NCBI RefSeq assembly: GCF_964188315.1
Contig: NC_135659.1
Coordinates: 31,806,001-31,870,000, forward strand
Direction: 5' to 3'
DNA from: Podarcis muralis
Lineage: Eukaryota
Length of the DNA stretch: 64,000 bases
The position numbers were made by a program, and so were the translations under genes. Positions 1 to 11,849 of the stretch are shown here, one piece after another (within the stretch, counting starts at the first letter, position 1; each line of letters starts with the position of its first letter). Under the pieces are notes generated by a model. The model did no database searches, was not told the DNA's origin, and saw only the letters and a list, made by a program, of their open reading frames with translations.

Positions 1-71
1 CACATCTATCGCGGGAAGCTATACAGCACCTGCATTTAAGCAGCAAAGTGTTCCCTTTCTCCTTCATAATG

Positions 72-300
72 TCTTACGCTAATAGTGCCTTTAATCTAGA
101 AAAATCCCAAAGCACTTTCCATATAGATACGGTAATCTCTCCCATTTGCTGCCGAAATGCAGCTGTCTCTGGAGTGGAACTTGGCAACGGCTAAACAGTG
201 CAACAGTTTACCAAAAGAAATTATTAAAACATTATCCAACAGAAACAGTAGGATCAGGAAATCAGGGACACTTTCACACCAATTCATCTGGGGGCTATAT
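72..300 (-). mobile_element. AmnSINE1-like (Deu-domain SINE3) 3' half, ancient
   Basis: Minus strand reads GTTCCACTCCAGAGACAGCTGCATTTC...GAAAGTGCTTTGGGATTTTTCTAGATTAAAGGCACTAT, matching my recollection of the AmnSINE1 3' region (GTTCCACCCCAGAGGTGGCTGCATTTC...AAAGCGCTTTGGGATCC...GATGAAAGGCGCTAT). Not database-checked. Confidence 0.65.
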
Positions 301-1194
301 ATTGTGGGCAAGATTCCTCATGTGCATCCCTCATTGAATAGAGATTCACAGGTGCAAATGAATGCTTATATAGACACAGTTCCTCAAACCATTGCAGTAT
401 CCATGGATTTATTCATGCAGCATGTCGATTAATAAATACATAATGATCTCGACTCCTCTCCTTCCAAAGAGAATTCAAACTTCATTTACTACTTTTACAT
501 GAGCTCTGCATGGAAATTGCTTTTCTGTAGAATGAAAGTCCTCTGTAAAGTGTGGACATCAGATTTATTTTACTGCACCTAGGCCTGGTCTACAAAGTGA
601 TCCCCCAAATCATGAACATGCACACAGAAATCCATGCAAACAAATTAAGGCTGGGGAGAGCAGTCTATTTCTGGTCCACGTCACTTTTGGTCCATGTCAC
701 CCATAAGCCTGTTCCATTACCTTTGAATTATCAAATTAAGCTTTCTAAAAATATGCATTTCTACATAAATTTTCCCTCAAAATATTCCCAAATATATTTT
801 GACCTGCTTTTTTCAAGCCAAGAACCACGTCAGACCATTTGGGAAGTGGAAAAATTGCTAGATAATGCGAGTTATGATCCACACGTGTGTCCTGGATGTC
901 AATTCCTCGACAGCTGAGGGTTTGGGCTTCTTCTAGTCTGTCTCACAGTTGCAGGAGTTGAGGTGTCATGTCAACCTGCCCTCCTACCTGGTGAAGCTGC
1001 TGGTGAACATCAGAGCAGTCCACAATAAGGCCAATTTCATCCATGTTTTGGTTGTGGGTGAGGTGGCTGACCTGGTGTGCTGTGCTGAGACCTGAGAGGA
1101 TGAACTGGACAGGCCTGACCTGCCCCAGTTGTGTTCCCCCAGGTACTCAGTTCACCGCCAGCATCGGTTGGAGGTAAAGGAGCAGGAATGGTGA

Positions 1195-1880
1195 ATGAGA
1201 GTTTCATTCTCCCCCATATCTCCAATTCTTTCTTAACCTCTTTCCACAATTTAATATAATTATTTTCAAATAGGTTAGGATTTCTTACTGTTAGCCAAAT
1301 TCCCTGACATTTTTACTTATTTTCGAACCAGACATCCTTGCTAAAAAAAAAATTCAACTACGCATCCATGTTTTTAACCAACATTTTGGTTTTATCTGAA
1401 TTTACTTTAAAAACCGCCACTCTGCCAAACCTTTTTATTTCTTCTAATGCTTTGGGAATGCTTTCCAAAGGTTGTTCTAGTGTGAACACCACCTCATCAG
1501 CAAATGCCCCTAATTTATAAATGCTACGTCCCACCTCAATACATTTAATTTCCCTATTTCTCCTTATATTCTGAAGCAATATTTCTAATGTCATAATAAA
1601 CAACAGTGGAGACAGGGGGAACCTTGTCTCATTCCTTTTTCTATTTGGCGTTTGTCTGAAAGAATATTATTTATTAATATATTTGTGGATTTATCAGTAT
1701 AGATTGCTGCTAGGAAAGAGTTACCTATTTCCATTTTCTCTAAAACCTTGATCATGAATGACCATGAAATGTTATCGAAGGCTTTCTCCGCATCTAGAAA
1801 GATTAACGCAACCTGCTTTTCATTTCTTGCTTCCAAATACTCTATTAAATTAATTACGTTTCTTATATTGTCTTTCATTT
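1195..1880 (-). mobile_element. L1/Tx1-clade LINE ORF2 reverse-transcriptase fragment, frameshifted
   Basis: ORFs 1591-1878 and 1358-1603 give IFLDAEKAFDNISW, GMRQGSP, LGAFADEVV and KVNSDKTK, which are non-LTR RT motifs; the frame continues NYIKLWKEVKKELEIWGRMKLS to ~1195. Confidence 0.9.
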
Positions 1881-2910
1881 GTTGGCTAGCATCTCAATAG
1901 AAACATTAAATTCAAAAACAAAAAGCAAAAACCACAACCACAACATCAACACCAAGGAAAACAAGTATATCAAGCACCTACACAGGGTGTTGTTACAAAC
2001 CAGTAACCATATGTAGCTCAAATGGAACTTCCAGGAGTGACAGCAAAATGCTAATATTTTTCTAATAAAGACTGGAGTAAATGGAGGTCTTATTTCTCCT
2101 GCACAGTCACTCAATAACTTTCCTGAGCGTTAAACTGACATAAAAATAATTGATAGGAAAGAAAATGCATTCTACTTGCAGCTCTGATGTTCCTCCATTA
2201 TTTAAGATGAATCTGATCTGCTGCTTCCTGCTGTGGAGATTACATCTTGAATACTTAATACCAATTTGGTTACTTTTTAGGGGAAAGAAAAACAAACTTA
2301 AATACCACACACACAATTTATCTAATTGCATAGCACTAATGCAAAGCATGATTGTAAATGCAAGCAAGGAAGTGGAGGACGAGAGAGAACATCCAGTAGG
2401 AACCTCCCAATGTCACGCCGAGCTGCTAATAATTCCCAGGACAGCTGCTTTTTTAAAAATAAAGTTTGATCAGCAAGAGGGGGGGGAACTATATTAAAAG
2501 TTAAACCTATCATTAAAAAATAATTACAGTAGAATTATTCACTCTGGCATTTCATTTCAAAATCTGGTCTCAATCAACATGCTTTAATGAGATAAACGTT
2601 GGCTTTCAGAGCTTTTATTCTTCCTATGCTGAATATATAAAACAGCTCCGAATGTGCTCAGCAGTGGAGCATGAGGGGAAAAGACAAGCAGCTGGTGCCA
2701 TATCTCAAATAAGCTCCTTTCTCTTCTGCTAGGTCTTCACCATAACTTGGCAGTGCCCCACTCGGGCTTAATGGTCTGTGGCAAATTCAAGTGCTAAAGA
2801 AAATTGCCCCTGCATGGTAGCAATCAGAGATCAAGGAGGTAAGGGCATCTGAGGTGTAGTATCAGGGGATTCTGGGCTCTTCCCTGGATCTATCCAGCCC
2901 ACCATGAACA

Positions 2911-3436
2911 CAGACCCTCCAAGTGTCCCTGTTTTCCTGGGACAGTCCCGGATTTACAGAAGCCGTCCCGGTTTCAGATTTGATCCCAGAATGTTCCACT
3001 TTTCCTTAGGATGTCCTCAGTGGGTGTCCCCCCCCCAAAAAAATGGTATGGGGTACTCTCATTTTGACTCAAGAGAAGCACCATTTTATAGTTCAAATCG
3101 GGGGAAATAAATACAGTAAATGGACAAAAGTACAAAGATTCACAAAATGTTTAGGGGTATGTGTACCCCTGCGTACCCCCATAAAAAAGCACGGGGTGTC
3201 CCTATTTTCAAGGAGAAATGTTGGAAGGTATGGTAAGACGTCCCTACTTTCATTGGAGCAATGCTGGAGGGTGTGGAGTTATGCGACCCACGAGCCAAGG
3301 AGATAAGTAACTATGCAACCTGAAGGCAGCCCTGTATAGGGAATGTTTTTTATATATACATTTAATGTTTTATTGCATTTTTATATATGCTGAAAGCTGC
3401 CCACAGTGGCTGGGGCAACCCAGTCAGGTGGGTGGG

Positions 3437-3474
<38 letters not shown>

Positions 3475-3611
3475 GAATAGGACATCCCTATTGAGCATGA
3501 GCCTCTCAATCTCAGGGTTGTGGGTTATAGCACCATGTTGGGCAAAAAGATTCCCTTCCAGTTGTACAATTCTATTATTGTATTTTCATCAGAGAAATGT
3601 TGGAGGATATG
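2911..3611 (+). mobile_element. Composite TIR element (CAGACCCTCCAAG...TTGGAGGGTATG) with captured L2 3' end; contains nested insertions
   Basis: Same architecture as copies at 15443, 23910, 27181 and 42436. Flanks are tgaaca (2905-2910) and tgaac (3612-3616). Nested CAGTG-ended MITE at ~3018-3195 and tRNA-Lys-SINE fragment at ~3491-3550. Confidence 0.75.
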
Positions 3612-3616
3612 TGAAC

Positions 3617-3977
3617 AATACTTTGGCCACCTCATGAGAGGAGAAGACTCCCTGGAAAAGACCCTGATGTTGGGAAAGATTGAGGGCACAAGGAGAAGGG
3701 GGCGACAGAGGATGAGATGGTTGGACAGTATTCTGAGGCTCCAATACATTGTCCACCTCATGACAAGAGAAGACTCCCTGGAAAAGACCCTGATGTTGAG
3801 AAAGATTGAGGGCACAAGGAGAAGGGGACGACAGAGGACGAGATGGTTGGACAGTGTTCTTGAAGCTACCAGCATGAGTTTGACCAAACTGCGGGAGGCA
3901 GTGGAAGACAGGAGTGCCTGGCGTGCTCTGGTCCATGGGGTCACGAAGAGTCGGACACGACTAAACGTCTAAACAAC
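3617..3977 (+). mobile_element. BovB (RTE) LINE 3' end with 126-bp internal tandem duplication
   Basis: Translates QYFGHLMR.EDSLEKTLMLGKIEGTRRRGRQR.RWLD twice (42-codon period), then EATSMSLTKLREAVEDRSAWRALVHGVTKSRTRLN and an aaacaac tail. 8-bp TSD atgtgaac at 3609-3616 and 3978-3985. Confidence 0.92.
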
Positions 3978-5008
3978 ATGTGAACGTAGGTAGCTTTTCA
4001 ACTGATACTAAACACAAATGTCGTTTGTGAGGGACGCTGTGGTAGCAAATGCGGTTCCCTCCAGATCTTGCTGAGCTGCAATTCCTATCAGCCCCAGGGC
4101 AGCATGGTCAATGGTCAGGAATGGTGGCAGTTATTGTCCAACAACTCCATTGACTACCTTTGTTATAAACCATCTCAGTATCTCCATATGTTCTCAAACA
4201 TCAAAGCAGATGCCACAATGCCATGCTTTTCTTTCTTCTTAGCAGTCCTGTGTGGCTGTAAGGATTTCACAATCCAACAGAAAAAGTATCAGGGTGGGGA
4301 ATGGTTATGAAAAAGAAAGCAATCTGTTAAATAGTGAGATACTCATCTGGAGAGAATTCTCCCTTCTCTCATAAAATAAAGAGGAATTAAGAAGGCCAAG
4401 CTTACGAGAGATTAGAAATGGTCAGCTATCTGAAAACAAAAGTCATATGTCACTCTAAGGTAAGAGTAGAGCATGAAAAATGGTGGCTCTGTCAATAGCC
4501 CAGTAACCCATGAAGAAAAAAGAAAAAAATTACAACTTAGCAGCTGGATAGAAAGATAATCATGTGGATAGGAGTAGGGACCTCCCTGCTTAGAAGAGAT
4601 AACAGAATTAAAAGAAAGGGGGAAAGTCAAGAAAGTATTTGTTTTTTCTTAGGTCATTGTGGTCTATGCAGTTTGTTATCATGCTAAAACTGAACTTTAG
4701 TGGGGATGTGGATTTAAAATATATATATATTGATAAAATCAACACAGAGATGTCTCTGACTTCCACTGTCTTGTCCCCTGATCTGATATACCTTGTGGCC
4801 TGGGGTTTTTGCCTAAATAGAGCAATTGCAACAGACAGAATAACTGACGGAGGAGAAAATGGAGACTGGGTTGGTTGGTTGGTTGGTTTTTAAGAGAGTG
4901 AAAATAGTCTGAGTGAGATTCACTTCCCGTGGAGAACTTGTAGCCCTTCAGAAATTAGACTCCAATTCCCATCAACCCCAGCTAGCATGGCCAATGGTCA
5001 GGGCTGAT

Positions 5009-5202
5009 CAGGGCCATCTTAAGCTTGGGTGGCAAGTTGCATGCCCGCCAGCCATATGGTTGACAGGGCACAGCTGGCGGGCGTACAGGGAAAGGGGAGG
5101 CCGCCGGCAAAGCTGTGCAGCTCCCCCACTCGCTGGGGCGCCCCTGAGAGGATAACGCCCTGGCGCAACGCACCAGTGAGCCCAATAGGAAAGATGGCCC
5201 TG
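5009..5202. mobile_element. hAT-type MITE nested in a palindromic MITE (~4915-5265)
   Basis: Perfect 12-bp TIR CAGGGCCATCTT/AAGATGGCCCTG and perfect 8-bp TSD gggctgat (5001-5008, 5203-5210). Confidence 0.85.
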
Positions 5203-5559
5203 GGGCTGATGGGAATCATAGTCCATGGATCTCTGGAGGGCCACAAATTCCCCACTCCTGGCTTTCAGGTGCATTTCATGTGTTGCAATGTAGCCTGCGA
5301 TTAAACAGGTGTAGCAGGTGTTTTGAAAGAATTCAGAAACCAGCAACACCTGATTACCGGAGGCAAAAATGAGGAGTGAACACAACGTGAATATCTGAGA
5401 TCTTGGCGGAGGCATTAAGTGTCCCAAAGGCTTCAAGAGACAATAGCAGAAGCCCAGTGAGGAATGTCAGACATGTAACTTAACAGCCGCCTGCTTCAGT
5501 AGCACGTCAGGAGATTCAGCTGTGGGGTGGCATTTGACAGAACACCCCCAAAACTATTT

Positions 5560-6235
5560 TACTTAAGGGCTCTTATAAATCCAGATGCTTCCAACTCTTA
5601 CATAGCAAAATCAGATCTATTGGTATTGACTTGGAACTCTTGTATAATTCAAGTGAGCAATATATTTATCGCAATATTCAAATCAGATTGAGGGACGCTG
5701 CAAAACAAAACGTCGAGTCAGCTGCAAACAAAACTTGCTCCCCCAAGTTTTATGGTTTAAATACAACAAATAGCAGGGTCACTTATATTTAAAAATTAAT
5801 AATTCCAGTCCTGCGCATGTTAGCCCAGCTGAACATTTCCCCCTCAGCTTTTGTCAAGGGCAGATATTTAAGAAACGATAGACATTGTGGAGGTCTTTTG
5901 AATGTGCTGGACACAGAATAACATCTTCTTTTCTACTGTGCATTGCACAACCAGCTAGTCAAACGCGTACTATCCCCTTTTCTAGGCAGTCTAACATCAC
6001 GGCACAATGAAAACACCAGAGTCTATCTGTCTGACATTAACCCAAAAGTAACAGCTGAGTTTTTTTATCAATAGTATCTCTTAGAGTGGTGAATGGCACT
6101 ATTTAGTGGGAAGGAACTCCAATTAAAATCTTCGTTTTACATGGCTGTTTATTTGTATATGTTTTAAAATTTTATATATGGATGTTTTATGATAGCCTAT
6201 ATTTGAAATGCCTAATAAAGGTTTGGCGACGTAAG
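5560..6235 (+). mobile_element. Decayed non-LTR retrotransposon ORF2 C-terminus, RTE-X-like
   Basis: One frame reads KIRSIGIDLELL...RLRDAAKQN...ANKTCSPKFY...LRMLAQLNISPSAFVKGRY...RHC...DTE*HLLFYC with two stops (Cys/His knuckle-like C-terminus), followed by an AT-rich tail ending aataaagg. Clade assignment is from recall. Confidence 0.55.
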
Positions 6236-6305
6236 AATTTTCAATATATTGTTAGCTGCCCCGAGAATGTCAGTTAGTAGAGATTGTGTTCAACATAGCG
6301 CTAAG

Positions 6306-6432
6306 CAGAGCTTTTTTTCAGCTGGAACTCTCCGGAACTCAGTTCCGGCACCTCTCAGGCAGGTGCCGTTGCCATTATAAGAGAACACGGGAGGCGTTAA
6401 TGGTGAGTTCTTTTTCTAGAAAAACAGCACTG
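6306..6432. mobile_element. TIR MITE (CAGAGCTTTTTT...AAAACAGCACTG) flanked by a 19-bp direct repeat
   Basis: Imperfect TIRs; related copy at ~44508-44646. Flanks are tgttcaacatagcgctaag (6287-6305) and tgttcaatgtagtgctaag (6433-6451). Confidence 0.75.
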
Positions 6433-6799
6433 TGTTCAATGTAGTGCTAAGTAAATAGTTCTGTCGGCAAAGGGTTTTGGTTTGTATAGCTGACCTTTCC
6501 CCCTTCCACACACACCCTATGTTTGTTCTAGCAGTTTCCCCAACCCCTCAGAGCAGATTGGAGAGAGGTACAGAAATTAGGTGGGGGGGGGGGGAGTCCC
6601 ATTGCACGTGGTAACCCTTGCTCGGACGGGATGGTTCAGTCGAATGCCACCCACGGTTGGGTATAAATACTTCAAGTATACAACAAACATGTTTGAACTG
6701 CCTTCAAACATATGCTTGCACAATATTCTATATGTACTAAGTTTTGGGAGAAAGTGCTGGATTTTGTAATTATGACTGCACAGAAAAAGTTGAAACTTT

Positions 6800-7075
6800 C
6801 AGCAGAGAATGTTATTTTGAATTATATGCCTACTGTATGGAAGTTAACAGCGGGGTGACAGAAATGGATTTGATGTGAGCCAATGGTGGCCAAGAGATTG
6901 ATACAGATGACTTGGAAGAATAAAGATACGACCCCCCCTTTATTCAATGGATTGACAGTATGGCAACACTCACAACTTATGAACGGAATGCTTATAGACG
7001 TAGACTTTGCTTGTATAAAAGGGACAACATTTGGAACGAGTTTATACAGAATGCAATAGGCTATTAAAGAAAAAA
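6800..7075 (+). mobile_element. L1-clade ORF2 C-terminal fragment with A-rich tail
   Basis: Frame reads AKRLIQMTWKNKDTTPPFIQWIDSMATLTTYERNAYRRRLCLYKRDNIWNEFI, then a poly-A run at ~7068-7078. Confidence 0.6.
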
Positions 7076-8289
7076 AAAGGAGGAGGGAGGGAGGTTGAGA
7101 ACTTGGAAATGAGAACAATTAAGCGGCATATTAAATAAAGCATTAAATACTTTTCTTTTCTTTAAGAAACCAGTATTCTTCTTTGGACATTGATGGTATT
7201 ACTTTTTTATTTCCCTTGTATTCCTGCCTCCGTAACGTTTGTGGTCATTCAGAATATTTTTGACATTGATCAGCATCAATCTTTTTTCACTTTAGCATCT
7301 TGAAGAGTTCCTCTCTCTGCTGAAGAGCGAAAGGCTCCCTCATTAAAAGGCCTCAACTGTCCTCCAGCAAGCTCTTAAGAATTTCACCCCATTATAGTTC
7401 TACTTTTTCCTTGCAGAGGTCAATAAATGGGCAGCATCCACCTCATCATCCTTATAAATGCATCATTTGAAGCATTTCAATTAAAGTTTCAGATCAGACC
7501 ACTGTACTGAGACCGCTTTAACGAGGGAAAGTAATGACCTTGCATTGCAGGTTGTTTCTGGCTCGCCATCAGTTTTAATTCTTCTTGATCTTAACTGTAA
7601 CCCTTTGATACCTTTGGATCAAGAGTTGTCTCAAAATGCTCCAAGCGCATTGTTGGACTTCCAGGGACTGTTGTGGGGTGGTTTCGTCACTTCTTGTCTT
7701 AGCAAAACCAGTCTGTCACCTATGAATCCTCCTTGTACATTCAAATTACCCAAGATTAAAAGATTGCTTGGGGGAGGGGGGAAAAAACCTTTCCTTTTTT
7801 TTAAAAGGTGTACAACAGTGGATACCTTCTTATTCCCCCGCAGCAAATAAACCTAAGGAAAATTCCACAGTAAGATGAAGGTAACTTCTTTGATCTTTGG
7901 TACCGAACTGGAATGATATCATGATTAAAAGGGGCAAGGGGAAGAAAAGAACATAGGAGAATCATATCTAATATGACAGTTGGAAAGAGAAACCTGAACT
8001 TCACAACTAGTCTGGATGGTACGTTGATACCAGACTGAAGCCCGTCATCTGGGCAAAAGCTGTAGCAGTATTTTGGGTCTTGGAATAATCACCGGTCATG
8101 ATCAATGTCGACCAAAACTCTCCACATCTTTGCAGCCACTTTTTAAGCTTTAAGCCTGACTGAGCGCTTCCAGATACTAGAAGACACAAAGTCATGAAGC
8201 TCTGCCTGTTTACTTAAAAGTAAGCCCCAATAAGTTCCATGGGACCCACTCCCCATGCAATTTTGTTTTGTTGTTATACCAACCACGTT

Positions 8290-8432
8290 CGACAGTGGAA
8301 CAGTCTCTCTCGGGAGGTTGTGGGCTCTCCTTCCTTGGAGGTGTTTAAGCAGAGGTTGGATCCCTGTCCGGGATGCTTTAGCTGAGATTTCTGCATTGCA
8401 GGGGGTTGGACTATATGCTATGATTCTATGTG
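8290..8432 (+). mobile_element. CR1 LINE 3' end
   Basis: cagtggaacagtctctctcgggaggttgtgggctctccttccttggaggtgtttaagcagagg followed by the CR1 terminal gattctatg repeat. Confidence 0.8.
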
Positions 8433-9030
8433 AAAGAGGCTTCACAGAACAACAACAACAACAGGTCCCTGCCCTGAGGAGCTCACGATCTAAAGTTCTA
8501 TACAAGGAGACGGAGGCAATAAACAAAGAAATAAATGCATACAGACATAGGTTCAGCTGGAATGTCAGAAAGGACAACAGGGTTTTATTAGTGGTATGTG
8601 GAACCCGGAAAGTTACTCTGTACTTAGCCAGACCATTGGTCTGTCAAGCCTGGCATTGCCTACACCAGATGTAGCCTGGCTGTTCTTGGACTCCAATTCC
8701 TATCAGTCCTAGTTAACATGGCCACGGGTCAAGGAAGAGGGGAGTTGTAGTGCAACAACAGCTGGAGGGCACCATATTGAATAATTCTTGTGTGCACTGA
8801 CCGATTGTCAATAGTACACAAGGGTCTCAAACGGGGTCTTTCTTATTGCTATCTGGAGATGCTGGAGTCTAAACCTACAACCTTCTGTTAAAATACCGTA
8901 TTTTTCGCTCTATAACACGCACCTGACCATAACACGCACATTGTTTTTAGAGGAGGAAAACAAGGGGAAAAACATTCTGAATGAAACAGTGGATGTATCA
9001 TTTTTGTGCTTCATGCTGTGGCCACAGACA

Positions 9031-9575
9031 TGTGATCTGATGGTGAATTTGGGGTGACCCAATGCAAAAATCCTGAGAATTCCTGTGGATCCATGCTTTG
9101 TAACCACGTTTTTGCACCATTGTGGCCCCAGGCAACAGTGGGTGCGTGATTTTTTGGGTGCAGGCTGTAGCCATGGACATGATATGTGATCTGATGGTGA
9201 ATTTGGGGTGACCCAATGCAAAGATCCTGAGGATCCATGTGGATCCATGCTTTTTAACCACGTTTTTGCACCATTGCAGCCCCAGGCAACAGTGGGTGCG
9301 TGATTTTTTTGGTGCAGGCTGTAGCCATGGACATGCTATGTGATCTGATGGTGAATTTGGGGTGACCCAATGCAAAGATCCTGAGGATCCATGTGGATCC
9401 ATGCTTTTTAACCATGTTTTTGCACCATTGCAGCCCCAGGCAACAGTGGGTGCGTGATTTTTTTGGTGCGGGCTGTAGCCATGGACATGCTATGTGATCT
9501 GATGGTGAATTTGGGGTGACCCAATGCAAAGATCCTGAGGATCCATGTTGATCTATGCTTTGTAACCACATTTTA
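9031..9575. repeat. 154-bp tandem repeat, ~3.5 copies
   Basis: tgtgatctgatggtgaatttggggtgacc recurs at 9031, 9185, 9339 and 9493. Confidence 0.95.
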
Positions 9576-9687
9576 AGTGGGGAGCGAAGGAAAAACAAAG
9601 AAGGGACATGAGAGGGGTGTGCAGAGAAGCAGCTGGCTAAGAATGCTGGAGAGGGATTTAACGGGTGGGAGGAAAGAAAGGCAAAAG

Positions 9688-9834
9688 NNNNNNNNNNNNN
9701 NNNNNNNNNNNNNNNNNNNNNNNNNNNNNNNNNNNNNNNNNNNNNNNNNNNNNNNNNNNNNNNNNNNNNNNNNNNNNNNNNNNNNNNNNNNNNNNNNNNN
9801 NNNNNNNNNNNNNNNNNNNNNNNNNNNNNNNNNN
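9688..9834. other. Assembly gap (147 N)
   Basis: Run of N inside a purine-rich part of the Tc2-like element. Confidence 1.
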
Positions 9835-11281
9835 CCCACTCTCTCTCCCTCTCCCCCAGCAGCACCGGAGCACAGAGAGGAATTAGAAAGAACGACACTC
9901 TGCTTGCCTGGAGGGGCGGGGCTTTCCCTGCTCTTTGTTCCGTTTGAGCAAACACAGCAACGAAACAGAGGAGGGTGGGCAGTAAGACCCTGAGGCAGAA
10001 TGCAGGAAAGCAACCACTTCCTCTTTTCAGGTTTCCCTTCTCCGTGACTCGCGATTTGACTTTTGCTTGATTTTTTGGCTCCAGGGACCACACATTCGCT
10101 CTATAACACGCACAGACATTTCCCCTTCCTTTTTAGGAGAAAAAATCTGTGTGTTATAGAGGGGGAAATACGGTAGCATGCAAAGCGTACGGAGCTCTAG
10201 CCAAGAGAACCCTTTCAAACAGGTGGAGCTGCAATAGGACTCTAGGGTTAAACATACCTTCTGATGCCCACATTGATATGCCAGCACCATGTAGACATAC
10301 AGGTCTGAACTGCAAGTCCTGGATGGAGCATGCCATTTCGTTCCAGTGACCCTGGCCCTCTTCTTACCTTCAAACCTTGCCCAGTGTGGCCAAACACACA
10401 AGATGGAGCAGCATTGCTCCTTCCCATGTTACTCAGTAACACCTGAATATCTAACTATGTAGCTGTTTTCCGCAGCTCCTTCCCCATCAACATGGCGCCA
10501 GTTTATGGGAGGTACAAAAACTGGGAGGTGAAGCACCTTCGATGTAATCTCATGATACTGCTGAGCAGCAAAAGTGGTCCTTGGGCCATCAAAGGTAGCA
10601 TTTGGAAGCAAAAACCCATGTCCTTTAAGCAACAATAGGATGCATTGGGGCGAAGAGATGATTTCTCTCTCATTCTTGGAATTCCCACACAAAAACTTTC
10701 CTCATTCATTGTGAAGGCATCTGATGTTGAGACCAAACATGGTGGGTAATTGCTCAGATTGTCCAGCTTGGATTCAGATGTGGAGGAAAAGCACCAATGC
10801 AGAATCTCCCCCCCCCCCCCATGTGCAGATTTCCCTCTCTAAACCTGTGTGTGGCTAAGGCATTGAGACATAATAATTTCTGGCATCATTTATTCTTCAA
10901 GCTCCTCATTGCAATCCAAGGAGGGCTTATCTGGAAGGGTATCTGAAGACGGCACTAGAAGAGAATTGAAAAAGCCTCCGTAGTTGCTATCAGTCATTTG
11001 ACATATGCAGGCAGCGGGCTGCAGTGATATGACTGCCATTGCATTCTGAAATGGTTTGTCTTTCATTCTGCCCTTTAGAGGAGGGCATTATTGCGCACTC
11101 TGCTCATAACAGGCATAGTTTTGTTTATGGACAGTTGGCGATGGTGGACAAAAACCAATTTCCCAAATGAAATATAGTCCAGCACGGAACATGAAAACGT
11201 GCTCCTAGCTGACAAGGAGGATTGGTTAGAGACATTTCTGTAACGCTGTTATGTGGCAGGGGTTTCTTAACGTGAGTAGTA

Positions 11282-11507
11282 CAGTGGTACCTTGGTTCCC
11301 GAACGGCTTAGTTGTCAAACAAATCGGCTCCCAAACACCGCAAACCTGGAAGTAAGTGTTCCGGTTTGCGAATGTTTTTTGGAAGCCGAACGTCCGACGT
11401 GGCTTCCGATTGAGTGCAGGAAGCTCCTGCAGCCTTGGTTTTCGAACGGTTTCGGGAGTTGAATGGACTCCTGGAACAGATTAAGTTTGAGAACCAAGGT
11501 ACCACTG
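11282..11507. mobile_element. Tigger/pogo-like MITE, family 2
   Basis: TIR CAGTGGTACCTTGG/CCAAGGTACCACTG with TA TSD. Related copies at 30500-30749, 35932-36163 and (more distant) 38749-39000. Confidence 0.85.
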
Positions 11508-11849
11508 TAATGGGATGGCTCAGTTAAAAGGAAACTTGACCAGCTCCCCCATATGTATTTAGAGCTTTCTCTGCAGATTTTTGTTAGCACGCAAATTGGG
11601 AGCACAGGAAGAACCCACTGGCAAAATAAGATACTTTGGCATGGAGCACCTTGCCCTGCATGAGGGGTTCAGAGTCTTTGCTTCTCCAACATTGTTGGAC
11701 TTCCAGGTCCCATGATCCCCAGAGAGCATAGCTAATAGGCAGGGTTGGTGAGAGTCGCAGCCCAGCAACATCTCTGCCCTTTGTTTGTTCGGTTGTTTGA
11801 GTCTTTATAAGCCAGCAACTCATACAGCATTAATGTGCACCAAAAGTGT

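Larger units (their letters stand above)
8896..10173. mobile_element. Non-autonomous Tc1/mariner (Tc2/Kanga-like) element with internal minisatellite
   Basis: TIRs CCGTATTTTTCGCTCTATAACAC and GTGTTATAGAGGGGGAAATACGG, TA on both sides, no transposase ORF. Confidence 0.8.

Noticed and set aside
2635-2838. TATA-like TATATAAAA and a plus-strand exon (2733-2838) with strong splice sites
   Set aside because: Stops in all three frames and no partner exon; expected by chance in 64 kb without RNA evidence.
7100-8200. Exon-like stretches on both strands
   Set aside because: All frames hit stops quickly and no peptide is recognisable.
9031-9575. Regularly spaced repeats resembling a CRISPR array
   Set aside because: Units are head-to-tail 154-bp tandem copies with no unique spacers, lie inside a TIR element in vertebrate DNA, and there are no cas genes.
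9254-10093. 279-aa ORF (and overlapping ORFs)
   Set aside because: Reads through the N gap and the minisatellite; artefact.
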